Shown piece after piece: positions 13,297 through 26,037 of a stretch of DNA of 64,000 bases. The stretch lies in contig LSRY02000066.1 of assembly GCA_001643675.2 (NCBI GenBank), forward strand, positions 124,001-188,000. The letters are read 5' to 3'. This stretch comes from Monocercomonoides exilis PA203. Its lineage: Eukaryota > Protista > Preaxostyla. A program made the translations under genes and the position numbers. Under the pieces are notes generated by a model. The model saw only the letters and a list, made by a program, of their open reading frames with translations. It was not told where the DNA came from and made no database searches. The first letter of the stretch is position 1. Each line of letters opens with the position of its first letter.

Positions 13297-16200
13297 TCAT
13301 TTTCTGATTGGAGTGGCAGTCAACTGTCTCATTTCATTAATGTGCTGGTTGATTCGTTGCAGATGGAGCTCACATTCGCTCATAATTCTGATCGGAGTTG
13401 AAAGAGAATTCTGAGAAGATGAAAGAAAAGAAGAAGGAGAGTTGGCAATTGACATGCAGCTGAGAGGAGCAGAAGTTAAATGAGAAGCTCTTCGTGATTT
13501 CAATGTTGATGGTTCATTTTTGGTTGATGGAGTTGTTTTTTCAGAAAAGTCTTTGAAAGCAATTGGAGTTCGAAACGATTGTTTCAAGGACGATGAGCAA
13601 GAAGTTAGAGGACTACTGTTTGATAGAGGTGCTGGGGTCTTTAATGGATTGTTGGAGAGCTTTGAAGGTGCTTCAGTTGATGGCAGAATCTTCGAAGAAT
13701 TCAAAGGAGAATGCGAATGAGATAAAGATGTTTGAGTGTGAACAGAAACTTGTGGCGAATTTTCTGTAGGTGAATGTGCTTCATCTTGTAGGGTTCTATT
13801 TGTAGTGGCTGTTTTGTTAATTGGAAAGATTGTTGAAGTAATTGATGAAGGAGTTGTTGGTTCGCTTGTAGAAGATTTGAAAGGAGAATGCGTTTTGGGA
13901 GAAATGCTGCTTTTTTCATTAAGAGAAATTGGAAGAGCCATAGGTGAAGTCAAAGATGAGGATGAAAGAAGGTCTGATGGTCGCTTTTCTTTTGCAATGG
14001 AAATTGAAGAAGATGGATTCTCTGAAGGAACATCTGATGTTAATTGCTCAATTTTTGGCTGAGGCGGTAAAGAGGAAAAAACAGAAGGAGAAGACGAAGA
14101 TGAAGAAAAAATTTGAGAAGAAGAAAGAGGAGAAGCGTCGGAGCATGTACAAATATTTGAAGAATCCAAAGGAGATCTCTTGTTTGTTGTTAAAGCCGAT
14201 GATGGCGATGAAATCAACGAAGCTGGAAGCGATGGAGGAGAAAAATAAGAAATGCCTTCATTCAAAGACTGTTGTTGCAATGAGTCAATTTCTGGTAAAT
14301 CAGAAAAAAAGAGAACTGGAGATGAAGATGAAGGAGAATGAGAATGAGAAGGAGAAGCCAAAGAGGCAGGAGAAGTGGAAGATGAAGATGATAAAGAAGA
14401 TGATGATGAAGATGATGATGAAGATGATGATGAAGATGATGATGAAGATGATGATGAATATGATGAAGATTGAAAAGAGGCAATTGGAGAAATGGACGTT
14501 GTTGTATTCTCACTCTGAAGTGGTGCTTGTTTAACTGGAAGAGCAGATGATACCAAATTGCAATGAGAAGAAACCGAAAGTGATTCATTCTTATTTTCAG
14601 TCTGTTCGGATGATGAAGACTCCAGTGTTGGCTTTTGTTCTGCTGCAATTGCAGAAGAGGAATGATCAGAGCAATAAGAAGGCTGCAATTTTGATGCAAA
14701 TGAAACTGTTGATGGACAAAACGAAAATTCATAAGGAAATGAATGCTGAGCAACATGATGCTGAAATTGTCGAGGAGGAAGTGAATCAGAACATTTGACA
14801 GAAGATTTTCCATCAAAAGAAGACGATGAAGCAGAAGCAGAAAAAGTTGAATCAGAAGTCACTGACACAATATGCAATGCACTTGAAGGTATATTTGTAG
14901 AACTCAAGTGAATATCACCAGAAATATTTGAAGAGATGTCTTGTTGAATCGGAGCAACTTGAGCTTTTTGATTCTTCTTTGCCTTTTCACAGTGCTTTTT
15001 TCCTTTTTTGCGAAGAGTTTTACGTTTGTGAGTATCTGAAGTCTTTTCTTTCAACAATTTTTGGCAATCTTCAATGTGATGATAAAGATGGAGATGAAGC
15101 TGATCATCATTTGCTTCTTTCTCCAACTGTTTCGATTCTGTTTGCTGATCTTCCTTTTTCACTTGATTTGATTGAGTGCTTTGATCCTGCTTAATGCATT
15201 GAATATCCACAGTTTGTGTTTCTTGTGTTGCTGACAATTCTGGTGACAGAGGAGAAGGAGACAGAGGAGGTGAATGCGATGGAGATGGAGGAGGAGTTAA
15301 CTGTGAAACAGAAAATGTTGATGTATTCAACTCTGCTGGAGCAGAATCAAATGATTTTAATTGCGCTGAATCACATTCTTTTGTATGTTCTTCATCATTT
15401 CTCTTTTCGTCGGACTCTGGAATTATTGTATTTGCTATCTCTCCCTCATCTTTTTCATGTATTCCTTCACAGTTTTCGAAATCTTTCACATTTTTTTCTG
15501 TTTCCAATAATTTGTTGATATTTTCTTCTTCCTCCCGCTTTTTTTGGCTTCTTTCTTCATCAGCCATCAAATGTCTTTCTTCTTCTTCGCCTTTTTGTCT
15601 TTCTTCTTGCTCAATCATCTTTTTATATTCCTCTTCCTCTTTAATTTTTCTTTCCTCTTCAATTCTTTTCTGTTCTTTCATAAATCTCATTTCTTCTTCT
15701 TTTTCTTTTCTCATTCTTTCTTCTTCAATTTTCATTTCTTCTTCTCTTCTCTTTATTTCTTCTTCGTGCTTTAATCGAATTTCATTGAAAACAATCTTCA
15801 TGCAGCTAATACTTTTTTTCAAAGTTCTCATTCTTTTGATCGTTAAGCTTATCAAAGTTAGCTCCTTTTTCTGCTTTTTCCAATTTTTCATTTCATCTTT
15901 TATTCTCATCCATTCAAAAAAGAGTAAATATTTTCTTTCTCTTTCTCTTTTTTGTGCAAAAATCGACAATCTGTGTCTGATCAGTTTTTCTTTCTCACCT
16001 ACAGCCTTCCACATTTTCAGTGTTTTGCTCATAACTTTCTGCTTCATCCAGAGCAAAGCAAGAGAATTTTCTGTTTTCAGTTTTCTTTTTTCATCTGCCC
16101 AACTTTTCAATCCTAAAAAGGCTTTTTTCTTCATATTCTTTTCATAAAACTCTGCAGACACACTTAGTTCATGCCATGATTCAAATATCATTGAAACTTT

Positions 16201-19200
16201 TTCTTCTGTTCTTCGAGCAACCAATTCAGCCATCACTTCGCAATTCTCTCGTTTTCTCCTTTTCATCTCAACAAATCTGACTTTCCAAGCAAAAAACACT
16301 TTTCTCACAACAACAGTTTTCATCTTCCACTCTCTGATCATATTTATCATCAAAATCCGATCTTTAATCAAAATGAACAATTCTTGTTTCCTGCGGATCT
16401 TTCTTGTCTGCTGATATGTCTGTTTCCAACAATCAAAATATGTTCTCAAAAGCAAAGTCAGATCATTATCATTGACTCGACGATGAAATTGGCTTATTTT
16501 AACTTCATTTTCGAATGCTTGTTTCCACTCATGAAATATCACTTCCTTCCTTTTCATAATTCTTTCGTTGCTGAAACATTTCGCTATTTTATTCAGCTTC
16601 TTTCTTTTCTCAAATCCTTCTCTCCAAAACTTCAACCAATTTCGTTTTTGTTTATCTTTCTGTTTCATTCTGAATGACTGCACAATTTCTCTTTCTCTCT
16701 TTCTCTCTTTGCAGACTTCCTTCCATCCCTGCAGCACTTTCCATTCCGTCCATTTTCTATGTAAAGTCAAAGTTTCATTGTATTTCATTATTATTGCCTT
16801 TCTTTCCTTTGTAGCTTTAAACCACGTTTCAAACACACGTCTTGCAAGCCGTGTTGCATAGCATCTTCTGGACGCCCAATATCTCCGAGCAAGCTGAAGC
16901 CATCCCGAAAATGCACAAAGTTTGACTCCAAAAGCAGAACTCCTCGCGAACGGTGGAATTGTCTGCCTGTCTTTTCTTAAGACAACATCGTGTGCTGCAA
17001 ATCTGGCTGCAGAATAAACAGCCACTTCGTCTTGGAAGTAAAGGCACCGCTTCCTTAGCTGGCTCATCTCTTCTGCATGTTCCAGCCATTTGTGGAACAC
17101 AGCTTGCTTCGTGCAGAACTGATGGCGTTCAGAATAGAACTTTGCTGCCTGCTGTGCCCGTGATGCGTTCAGCCAGCTGCGAAAGTAAAAATTCAGAATG
17201 GACGATCTCTGAATGTTCTGCTGTTTGTAATGCAGCAAGCGACGTAGTTGGACTTTGTAGTGAAATGGGGTGAAAAGTGACAGATGAAAAGGAGAGTGCG
17301 ACGTGTTAAATCTTGTTGAAGTGAATGTTTGACTTGATTGTGAATTGAATTGAGAACGAAGAACAGGATCAGATTTTTGTGATGCGGACAGAAGAATTAA
17401 CTCTTCTTCTTTCAGCCTTTCGTTGTGCTTATGCTTCGTGTATGCTCTCCATTTGAAGAAGAATTGTTGCAAAGTTGAAGAGTCACAAAACTGGTCAGCA
17501 GTTTTGTTTCTGTGCTTCTTCATTTGTTTCTTTCCTTCATCTATATTTTTGCCTAAACTTCGAGTTAAAATTGGTGATTCACTTTCAAATTCATTGAAAT
17601 CTGAAATACTTCTTTTCTTTCTCCTTTTCTTTTTTGACGATGACTTTTCTAAAATACAGTTATCAACTGTGTCAAAATCGTAATTGTCTTTATCATATTC
17701 ATATGCATCTAAATCAGACATATGAATTGAAGATTCTGATCTTAATGTGCTATTCTGTTTTACGTCATTTTCCTGTTGTTCATTTTCGAGACAATGTTCG
17801 TAATCATCCACACATGTTTTTTCATAACTTATTTGCTTTTTTTCTGATGTTTCAGATTTTTCTTTCTCCAGAAAGAGTTTTTGTTCATTTTCCTCGTTTC
17901 TTTGCGTTTCTGTTGGAATAACATAATCTTTCTCATTTCTTTCTTCATTGTTGAACTTCTTTTCAATAATTGTCACCTGTTTCCATTTGTTAAAACATTC
18001 TCGAAGTTGATGATTTTTGTGAATAAACGAAAGTGGAATAATGCTTGTCGAAATGTCTTCTTGTTCATTCATCTGTTCAGAGTCATCTTCTATTCTTTCT
18101 TCTCTTTTGTCTTTCTCATCTGTTTTTTGAGGTTTATGCTGTTCTATCTCTTTCTTATGTGATGGCGACAATTCATTTATTTCACTTTTCGATTCGCAAT
18201 CATTATCAAATTGTAATATCATTTGAGAGTTATCAATTTTTTTCTTTTTAACTTTGTCTTCTTCTTTTCTTTCATCGGTTTTCTCTTCGTCACTTTCATC
18301 TCCAGGCTTCAAAGAATACTTTTCTAGCAAAGGCGAATGCGGCCGAGGCAAAGTGAATGGCGAAGAGATTTGAGGCAGCGGTGAAATTGTGCGTGAAGTG
18401 AGTGAAGGAGACGGTGAAGATGCGAATGTTGGTGAAATGGGTGAGAAAGGATTGGAAGCAGTTGATCTGTGAGGTGTGCTATTTGAAGAGTTTGCTGTTG
18501 ATGAAATGTCATCCATATATGAAAATATGCTTGAACGTTTGGCTTCTGAAGATGGAGTGCTTTCAGAAGAATGCGCTAGTAATGGACTTGACACTTTTTG
18601 TGACTGAAAAGAAGAAGACAATGAAAAATCTGTTGAAGTGAGCAAAGAGTGGTTTGAAGATTGAGGAGAAGTGTTTTGTTGATTTATCTCTGAAGGTGTG
18701 AGAGTGTTGTTTGGGGGCGTTTGTAAAGCAAGAGAAGTTGGCGGAGACTGAGAGGAGTTGAAACGAGGACTTGAATGATTTATTAACAAAGCAGCTGGGG
18801 ATTGCGATTTCATAGATGGCGAGCTTTGAATGAATGAAGAGGATAAAGGGGAAGATATAGAAGACTGCACTTGATTTGAATTTTCTGTTTTGGATGAAGT
18901 TGGGGTTGCGCTTTGATTCAGTGAGGACGACGAAATCAACTTTGTGGATGTTCTGCTAATTGTTGATGATGGTGATGATGATGGATAAGGTGAAAGAGTA
19001 ATTTCGTTTTCTTCTAGAGGTGGAAGTGGTGAATGAAATGAAAAGTTATGTGGAGTGCGAAGTGTAGGAGATAATGTTAAAGAAGAAAGAGAGCTAAGTG
19101 AAGTTTCCATTTGATTTGATTCTGTGGAAAGTGTAGAAGTGTGCAATTCTCCTTTTTTTGGTGTAAAGGCATCAGGTTGAGGCGATTCTGAATTACAGAT

Positions 19201-19755
19201 TGAATCCTTGTTAACTTGTAATTTTTTTTCTTTTTGCACAGGGGTTGAATAGTTGGACTTTTGTTTTATTGAAGACCGTTCGCGAATAGAAGTTTGGTTA
19301 AAAGGTTGTTTTGATGATGTTTTCTTGTTTGAACGAGGTCTCAACGACGAAAGATTTTTTCGCTTCTCGATAGCTGCCTCATCTTTTTCATGAAAATGAA
19401 AAGCTTTTGAAGTTTTTGGAATATGCATAATTTCAGAGTACCTCAATGACCGCCTTGAACTAGAATTTGATGATACCGAGCGAGAAGACAACTTTGATCG
19501 CACAAATCTATCTTCTTCAGATAAGTCAATAGAGGCAAAAGAGTCTTCATCATCTCGTGAATTGTTTTGCGAAGAATCAACTTTAGGTGAACAAAGAAAA
19601 GAAAGTAATTTGTTTTCTTTTTTCAATTTTTTATGTTCATCTAATATTCGTGGTGTAATATCTTTATCGTTATGTAATGTAAGTTTTGATGTTGAAATAT
19701 TTCGAGATAATAATGAAGAAGTTAAAACTGAAGATGATTTGTTTTTTTGTTGCAT
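13297..19755 (-). CDS. Sfi1-like centrin-binding repeat protein (2152 aa)
   Basis: More than 15 periodic (F/L)xxW(K/R)-type repeats in helical basic sequence (FFKWRAY, FRSWLNA, FHKWLEH, FETWFK, LQGWKE, FHEWKQ, FDCWKQ, FFAWKV, FESWHE), at about 15800-17480. Flanked by Ser-rich low-complexity termini. Confidence 0.7.
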   Translation of the reverse strand: MQQKNKSSSVLTSSLLSRNISTSKLTLHNDKDITPRILDEHKKLKKENKLLSFLCSPKVDSSQNNSRDDEDSFASIDLSEEDRFVRSKLSSRSVSSNSSSRRSLRYSEIMHIPKTSKAFHFHEKDEAAIEKRKNLSSLRPRSNKKTSSKQPFNQTSIRERSSIKQKSNYSTPVQKEKKLQVNKDSICNSESPQPDAFTPKKGELHTSTLSTESNQMETSLSSLSSLTLSPTLRTPHNFSFHSPLPPLEENEITLSPYPSSSPSSTISRTSTKLISSSSLNQSATPTSSKTENSNQVQSSISSPLSSSFIQSSPSMKSQSPAALLINHSSPRFNSSQSPPTSLALQTPPNNTLTPSEINQQNTSPQSSNHSLLTSTDFSLSSSFQSQKVSSPLLAHSSESTPSSEAKRSSIFSYMDDISSTANSSNSTPHRSTASNPFSPISPTFASSPSPSLTSRTISPLPQISSPFTLPRPHSPLLEKYSLKPGDESDEEKTDERKEEDKVKKKKIDNSQMILQFDNDCESKSEINELSPSHKKEIEQHKPQKTDEKDKREERIEDDSEQMNEQEDISTSIIPLSFIHKNHQLRECFNKWKQVTIIEKKFNNEERNEKDYVIPTETQRNEENEQKLFLEKEKSETSEKKQISYEKTCVDDYEHCLENEQQENDVKQNSTLRSESSIHMSDLDAYEYDKDNYDFDTVDNCILEKSSSKKKRRKKRSISDFNEFESESPILTRSLGKNIDEGKKQMKKHRNKTADQFCDSSTLQQFFFKWRAYTKHKHNERLKEEELILLSASQKSDPVLRSQFNSQSSQTFTSTRFNTSHSPFHLSLFTPFHYKVQLRRLLHYKQQNIQRSSILNFYFRSWLNASRAQQAAKFYSERHQFCTKQAVFHKWLEHAEEMSQLRKRCLYFQDEVAVYSAARFAAHDVVLRKDRQTIPPFARSSAFGVKLCAFSGWLQLARRYWASRRCYATRLARRVFETWFKATKERKAIIMKYNETLTLHRKWTEWKVLQGWKEVCKERKREREIVQSFRMKQKDKQKRNWLKFWREGFEKRKKLNKIAKCFSNERIMKRKEVIFHEWKQAFENEVKISQFHRRVNDNDLTLLLRTYFDCWKQTYQQTRKIRRKQELFILIKDRILMINMIREWKMKTVVVRKVFFAWKVRFVEMKRRKRENCEVMAELVARRTEEKVSMIFESWHELSVSAEFYEKNMKKKAFLGLKSWADEKRKLKTENSLALLWMKQKVMSKTLKMWKAVGEKEKLIRHRLSIFAQKRERERKYLLFFEWMRIKDEMKNWKKQKKELTLISLTIKRMRTLKKSISCMKIVFNEIRLKHEEEIKRREEEMKIEEERMRKEKEEEMRFMKEQKRIEEERKIKEEEEYKKMIEQEERQKGEEEERHLMADEERSQKKREEEENINKLLETEKNVKDFENCEGIHEKDEGEIANTIIPESDEKRNDEEHTKECDSAQLKSFDSAPAELNTSTFSVSQLTPPPSPSHSPPLSPSPLSPELSATQETQTVDIQCIKQDQSTQSNQVKKEDQQTESKQLEKEANDDQLHLHLYHHIEDCQKLLKEKTSDTHKRKTLRKKGKKHCEKAKKNQKAQVAPIQQDISSNISGDIHLSSTNIPSSALHIVSVTSDSTFSASASSSSFDGKSSVKCSDSLPPRQFQHHVAQHSFPYEFSFCPSTVSFASKLQPSYCSDHSSSAIAAEQKPTLESSSSEQTENKNESLSVSSHCNLVSSALPVKQAPLQSENTTTSISPIASFQSSSYSSSSSSSSSSSSSSSSSSSSSLSSSSSTSPASLASPSHSHSPSSSSPVLFFSDLPEIDSLQQQSLNEGISYFSPPSLPASLISSPSSALTTNKRSPLDSSNICTCSDASPLSSSQIFSSSSSSPSVFSSLPPQPKIEQLTSDVPSENPSSSISIAKEKRPSDLLSSSSLTSPMALPISLNEKSSISPKTHSPFKSSTSEPTTPSSITSTIFPINKTATTNRTLQDEAHSPTENSPQVSVHTQTSLSHSHSPLNSSKILPSTEAPSKLSNNPLKTPAPLSNSSPLTSCSSSLKQSFRTPIAFKDFSEKTTPSTKNEPSTLKSRRASHLTSAPLSCMSIANSPSSFLSSSQNSLSTPIRIMSECELHLQRINQHINEMRQLTATPIRK
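14376..14470 (-). repeat. Coding (GATGATGATGAA)n 12-mer repeat encoding poly-Ser
   Basis: About 5 near-perfect 12-nt units visible on the + strand within the Sfi1-like ORF. Confidence 0.8.
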
Positions 19756-20398
19756 TCTTTTCTTAGTAACAATGCTAGAATAAACTTCCCTTGATTATCC
19801 GCTGCTCAATAATAATTCTTACAATGTAAAGAAAATTGCTCTTTTTATCAGCTTATATAAAGCCAATAATTGAAATTTTTAATTTATTATTCAATTAATA
19901 AATATATGTTTAAGGTTACGATCATTAGAATATTTTTGAAAGTTTATGAAGAACAATTATTTTTTCCTTGATTTTTATTATTTCAAATACTCATTAAACT
20001 CAAAAATCAATTTCATTCCATTTTGCTGAAACTATCTTTACAAAATTGAGAAATACGAATTTATGCATTCCTTAAACAAAATTTATATTGACTTATTTGA
20101 TATCTGAACAGTTTTTGAAGCAAAGATAAAATAGTTGATAAAAAAAAAACAGTTATATGTATATATTATAATTATATTTGACCAATTTCAGTATCTATTT
20201 TACGGAAGCCAAAAAGAATATATTTTTCAAACTGTCAAATAATGATTAATCTCCGATTTTCCAATGAATAAAAAACAGATATCGAGAAACAAATATGAAA
20301 CATAAATATTAAATATTAAAAAAGGAGTTAAAAATTTATTTTAAAAATTTATGTTTTTGAAGAAAAATGATTATTCCCATAAAAAATAATGGAAACAA

Positions 20399-23300
20399 AT
20401 GCAAACTAGAGTCATCAAGGAGCTAAGTAAAGAAGTTGCGAGTAAAATTACATCAGGACAGGTTTGCATATAATTATTTTTGCGTTTTATTTACCGTTGT
20501 AAATTTTGCAATTTGTTTGTATTTGGGATGTTAAAAAAAAACAATTATTTATTACTTTGTTTCGATTTGAATCACTTTCGAATACAATATATTTTAACAA
20601 AAGCTTATAACAAATCCATCACAAATTGTCAAGGAATTGATTGAAAATGTGTGCTCCTTTAAAATTTTGAATATTGTTGATATTTTATTTTTTTAAAAAA
20701 AGGCTTTGGACAGTGGTTGTACCTCAATTGAGATCACGGTTTCAGGAAATGGATTAGATCTTATACGTGTAAAGGATAATGGGGTTGGCATAGGAAAGGA
20801 AGATCTTTTTGAATGTTGCAAAAGATATACGACATCAAAAATTAGAGTTTTGCAGTTATTTTACAGACAACCATTTAACCTTCGCATAACTTTTATTTTT
20901 CATTAATTAATAAAAGGATTTTGATGACATAACAAAATGTAAAAGGTATTTATTTTAAGCTGTTTTCTTCAAATGAGTAAATTATATATCTATTTTTAAT
21001 CTTTTAAACAGCTTTGGATTTCGAGGAGAAGCACTTAGTTCTATTTGCGAAATTGGATTTGTAAAAATTATTTCGGCACAAGAAAAAATCAATACTTCAT
21101 CGACATCCGTTGGATGGAGTTGCGAATATCGAAGAGATGGATCAGTAATTGGGTTTGAATATTTTACGCGGTTGTTTTAATGTGAATCTTTTGAAAATGG
21201 GTAGAGAACCAACACCGATTGCGCATCCAAAAGGAACGACTGTTGAAGTTAGAAATCTTTTCGAAAAATATCCTGTTCGAAAAAAAGTATGTTTTATCAT
21301 AAAAAAGTTGCAAAAAATTAACAAATTAATTAATTAATATTATATCTTTAAAATGCCTTTTCTTTTCATTTCATTTCTTTTATTTCTTTTCCTACGCCAA
21401 ATCAATGAAATCATTTTTTGATTGTTTTATGCTTCTTCTTCTCTCAGTATCAAACTGAACATATAGCAGATGTGCCACCAGCCATCTACAAAGTTGTTAC
21501 TCACACTGCTTTGTTGCATCCACATCTTCGAATTTCGCTCTCTTTTTTGGCCTCTGCAACGTCTTCATCGTCGGCTTCATCTTCATCGGCCTCTCCTTCT
21601 TCTCCTTCTCGGTCTCTTTCCCCTTCACGTTCTCTTTCACCTTCTCCGTCTCCTTCTCCGTCTTCTCCTTCTACTTCTACTTCTTCAACATCAACATTAT
21701 CACAATATTCGTTTTTAAAGCCACCATCGCAGTCTGTGATTGTATGTTATTCAAACATTTATTCATTCAATGGATTATTTCGAACATTTTTCTGGTTGAA
21801 TTTTTCAATTGTTTTGCGTTGATTATTTGTTCATTTATAAATTCAAAAGGATGCCGTATCTTCTATTTTTGGCTATTCTGTGTCAAAAGTGCTGCAAAAG
21901 ATATCTTATCACTCAGACGGAGCAAACGAGGCATTCTCATCTGCCCAGCCATCGTCTCAGCAGACTGCTTCGATCGATCCTTCTTCTTTTTCGGTTCAAA
22001 CATCTTTTGACAGATTTGCTTATGATCCTCTGGCAAATGGCATATCTTCAGCCAACTCTTCTTTGATGAATGTGAAATATTCATTGTCGCAGCAGCAGTC
22101 AACTTTGGAACCGAAGAAAGTTTTGTCTGGATTTTCTTGGTCGGTTGATGGATGCATTCCGAATATCGATGCTAGTTTGTGTTTTTGATTTAAGTGAAAG
22201 TCAATAAATATCGAAAATATGTTGTTTTTTTGATTCATTTGAACGTATATTCCTATAAATTTTCTGGTTCAAAAATTTATTCAAAATTAACTGCCAATCA
22301 CAGAGCCGGGCAATGCCATGTCAGCAGTATTTCGAAATCTGCCTGACAGAATGTTCATTTCAGTCAACAAAAAGCCTGTTGTGTGGAAGCCTTTTCTCAA
22401 TTCTTTTGTTCGGCTCATTCGGCGCAATTTTCCAGGTGTGTTTGAGTGGCAATGAATCATTTGCATTTTCTTTTCGATTCGGTTTTCATTTTTTTTTTAT
22501 CAGATAAATACGATTTTTTTTTTATTGTTATTTCATTAATAATATAATGCTTTCATGAATTTCTATTTGATTGTTATAAATGCATATGAATTATCCTTAT
22601 TAGACACTGACAGAAAATATCCATTTTGTGTGTTGAATGTGACACTTCCACCAGAGATATGCAACTGTATGGTTATTCTTCACTATTTCTGTTTTTTCTA
22701 TAAAACTATTATTTATTAATAATAACATTATCAATCATATTTTTGAATGGATTGAAGTGAATGCATCACCAGGCAAGTGCACAGTCCAAATGAATGACGA
22801 AAGAGAGGTTATAAGAGTAATTGTATCACGTCTTTCTTCTTGTTTAGGAAGTGTAGAACATGATGACGAAGAGAATGCAAACGATGAAGAAGGAAATACC
22901 AACAAAAATGAAGCAGTGAAAGAAGGAAGCCCAGAAATAAGTAGAAGTTCAGTAAATTTGGAGAAAGCGAAAAGAAAAGACGAAAACAGCGAAGATTCAG
23001 ATGAAGACATCTTATTCAGCATGTCTTTCAATTACTTCTTGGAACACAGAAAAAAGAAGAAGGCGAGTGAAGACGGAGACAAAAGCGAAGAACAAGCAAT
23101 TTCTGTGGACTCCTTTTGTGATGCGCCTTTCCCTCTGTTTCCAGGGGACGAGATGAAAGACAAGACGAACTGCTTCAAATATGTGAAGATGTCGAGAGAA
23201 GAAGCGAAAGATGAAGAAAGCAATCAATCAGATGAACAGAACAAACAAACGCAAAGTGAAGGCATCCAGAATGACAAGAGAGAGACCAGAGTTTCATTGA

Positions 23301-26037
23301 ATTCGATTGAAGAAGAAAGAAGGCGGATAAACGAGCATATTAATGTGTTTGATGTACCGATTGAAGGGTTTGATGAGGAGGATAATGTTGATGTGACGCA
23401 GATGTTTGGGACAGCCAAGAGAAGTTCACGCGGAAGAGAGGGCAAAAAAAGGATGAGGATTGAATTTGACGATGATCCGGGTGAAGAAAGCGGAGGAGGA
23501 AGAATGAGAGAGAAGGGGCAGCTGATGAATGTGGGGAGGATGCTGAATGAGTTGGGTGGCACAGATGTCTTGTCAAACAACAGCAGAAATGAAAAGAGAG
23601 GAAGCATGGAATTCTTCAGTGGAAGATTAAATGAAGAGAATGGAAGGATAAACAGAAAAGGAGTAGATATTTCTGTTGGAATGGCGGATGAAAGAGACGT
23701 TCGAAATGAAGAGTTCAGCAGTGATTTGAGAAAGGCCATCAAAAAAGACAGAAAAGAGCGTGAAGAAGAAGAGGGAGAAGGATATTGCAGGCTTAAAAGA
23801 ACGATTCTCAATGATACTCCACATTTCACAGAAGAACAAATAACATCTCCTCAGAAAAAGTCACCCACTTCAGTTTTGTATACAGCACTTAACCACTCAC
23901 CACACACACCACACACACCACATAGACTCATATCACGAACATCATCTTCTTCATCTTCTTCATCTTCTTCTCCTTTCTTTTCTTCTTCCTCTTCATCTTC
24001 GTCCTTATCCTTGTCCACCTCCTCCACATCGTCGTCATCTTCATCTTCTGCTTTGAAATCGCAAACATCTCCTCTTTCTCATCGCAGTCTGTTTCGTTCT
24101 TCTTCTTCTTCTTCTTCTATTTCTGGCAATTCGGTTTCTTCTCCTCTCTCCCCTTCGAATGAGAGTGGAATTTCATTAGCTTTTTCTCCAGGAATAGCAG
24201 AAAACCAAACAACCCAACCATTTTTCAAGAACTATTCCTTTTCGCCTTTGAAACAGTCTCAGGAAAGTGCAGTGAGTTTCTCTCAAACACAAAAAGGGCA
24301 AGTGAAAGAGCAAAAAACATCAAAAACGTCAGAATCTCACATTGAATCTCGCTTTGTGTCATCAAAGAGCATAGGGAAAGAAGGGTTTTCAATGTCATTG
24401 GGGCGATTGTTCAGAGATCTGAAGAAGGAAGATGATGTTTCAGCGATGTACAAGCAGAAGAGCATGCGATGGGACAAAGTGGCATCGTTTTGTGGACATG
24501 AGCCGCCCTTCCAGCTGATCATGACTGAGAATGAAAAGGCCTTCCAATCGTATTTCTCTCAATTGAGCTCTCAATCTGCATCCATTCCTGTTTCTCAGCA
24601 ACAGCAACATCAGCAGCAGCATCAGCAGCCGTCCTCCTCTGCTCTTCTGTCGCCCATCCGATCAGACATTTCTGTGTCTCCCTCGTGTAACTCCCCTCCA
24701 CCCGCACAGCATCCCACAAGCACTCTGAACAGCTCTTCTCCCTTTCGCCTTGTTGGAAGCGTGCTCCACAACTCCATTCGGCTTCCGCTGTTTTTCTTTG
24801 ATTCTGCCACTCATTCTGCTGGAGGTGCATCTCAGCCAGTTGCTTTGTCTGCTCCTGCTGCGACTTTTGCTCAGCCTTCTGCTTCTTCTTCTGCTTCATC
24901 TTCAGCTTCGTCTTCGGATGGAACTGAAAATGGATCAGAGAACTTGTCCACTCCGCCACCAACACAGCAAGAATGCCTTCCATTTGACTTGCCTAGCAAA
25001 TCAGTTACCTCAGTCTCTCTTGTCACATCTCAAAATTTCAATCTATCTTCAAAAAGTATATCATCTGCTTCTTCTTCCTCTGCTTCTTCTTCTTCTTCTT
25101 CTTCTTCTTCTTCTTCTTCTTCTTCCCCATTAACTTCCTCCCCATTGTCATCTTCATCAACTTCTCCTGATTCTGTTCCTTTGACTCAGCCAACAGAACA
25201 AACAAGTTTTCATTCATTGTTCTTTTTCAACCCCTTCCGATGCAAAGAAAGACTTCTGTTTGATAAAAGAATTGCTGATATTCAAAAAAGAAAGCAAGAA
25301 CAATGTGATTCTGGCAATCAAAATAGACAACAGGAGAATTCTTCGTTTGAGAATGCAGACAAGGAAAATGATGCAAATTGCTTGAATTTGGGGAATTCTG
25401 AGCAAAAAGATGAAAAGACAGGACAAGAAAGTTCACGTGGCACAAGAGAGGAAGGCAAGAATGCACGAAGAGTTGAACCAGATATCGATTTTGATTTGTT
25501 AAAGAAGGAGATTAAACGGTATGCCTTTTAAATAAAGAGTATTTGTCATGAAATCTGCCAATGAATTCTTTATTGAAAGCAATCTTTTTAATGTTAAAGG
25601 ATTTATGCACAGCATAACTTTAAAATTATTCAGAAATATTTGTGATTTTTTTTTTTTTTGAACTATTTTTCTTGTCTTTTTTTGAATGTCTTTATTCTCC
25701 AACAATTTGTATCTAATCATTTTATCTTTCTCCCGCTATTCAATATTTGCTCATTCTTCTCTTTGTGTCAATTTTAGTGCGGCTCGTTCAAGTGGACCTG
25801 TGATGACAACTGAAGCAATTTCTCTTTTATCTCAACTAAGTGTAGATGTAGGGCCAATCGTTTGTTATTCTTATTTGTTTTTATCATTATATTTGATATA
25901 ATTTTCGAATAAACTTAAAAATAATATTTTTTTCCTGTTAATTTCGCTGATGAATTATCCAGTTGACAAACCATCTGTGCCCTCACGAACTACCGATTGT
26001 TTATGTCTTTTCTTTGCTTCCTTCAAATCTTTTCTGA
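20399..26037 (+). CDS. MutL homolog of the PMS1/MLH2 type (endonuclease motifs degenerate); multi-exon
   Basis: Spliced GHKL motifs: IKELSKEVASKITSGQ|LITNPSQIVKELIEN|ALDSG, VKDNGVGI, RYTTSKI, FGFRGEALSSI and GTTVEVRNLFEKYPVRKK. Transducer motifs DRMFISVNKKPV and VNASPGK. C-terminus NPFRCKERLLFDKR, then AAR..EAISLLSQL|LTNHLCPHELP, ending at TGA 26035-26037. Confidence 0.85.
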
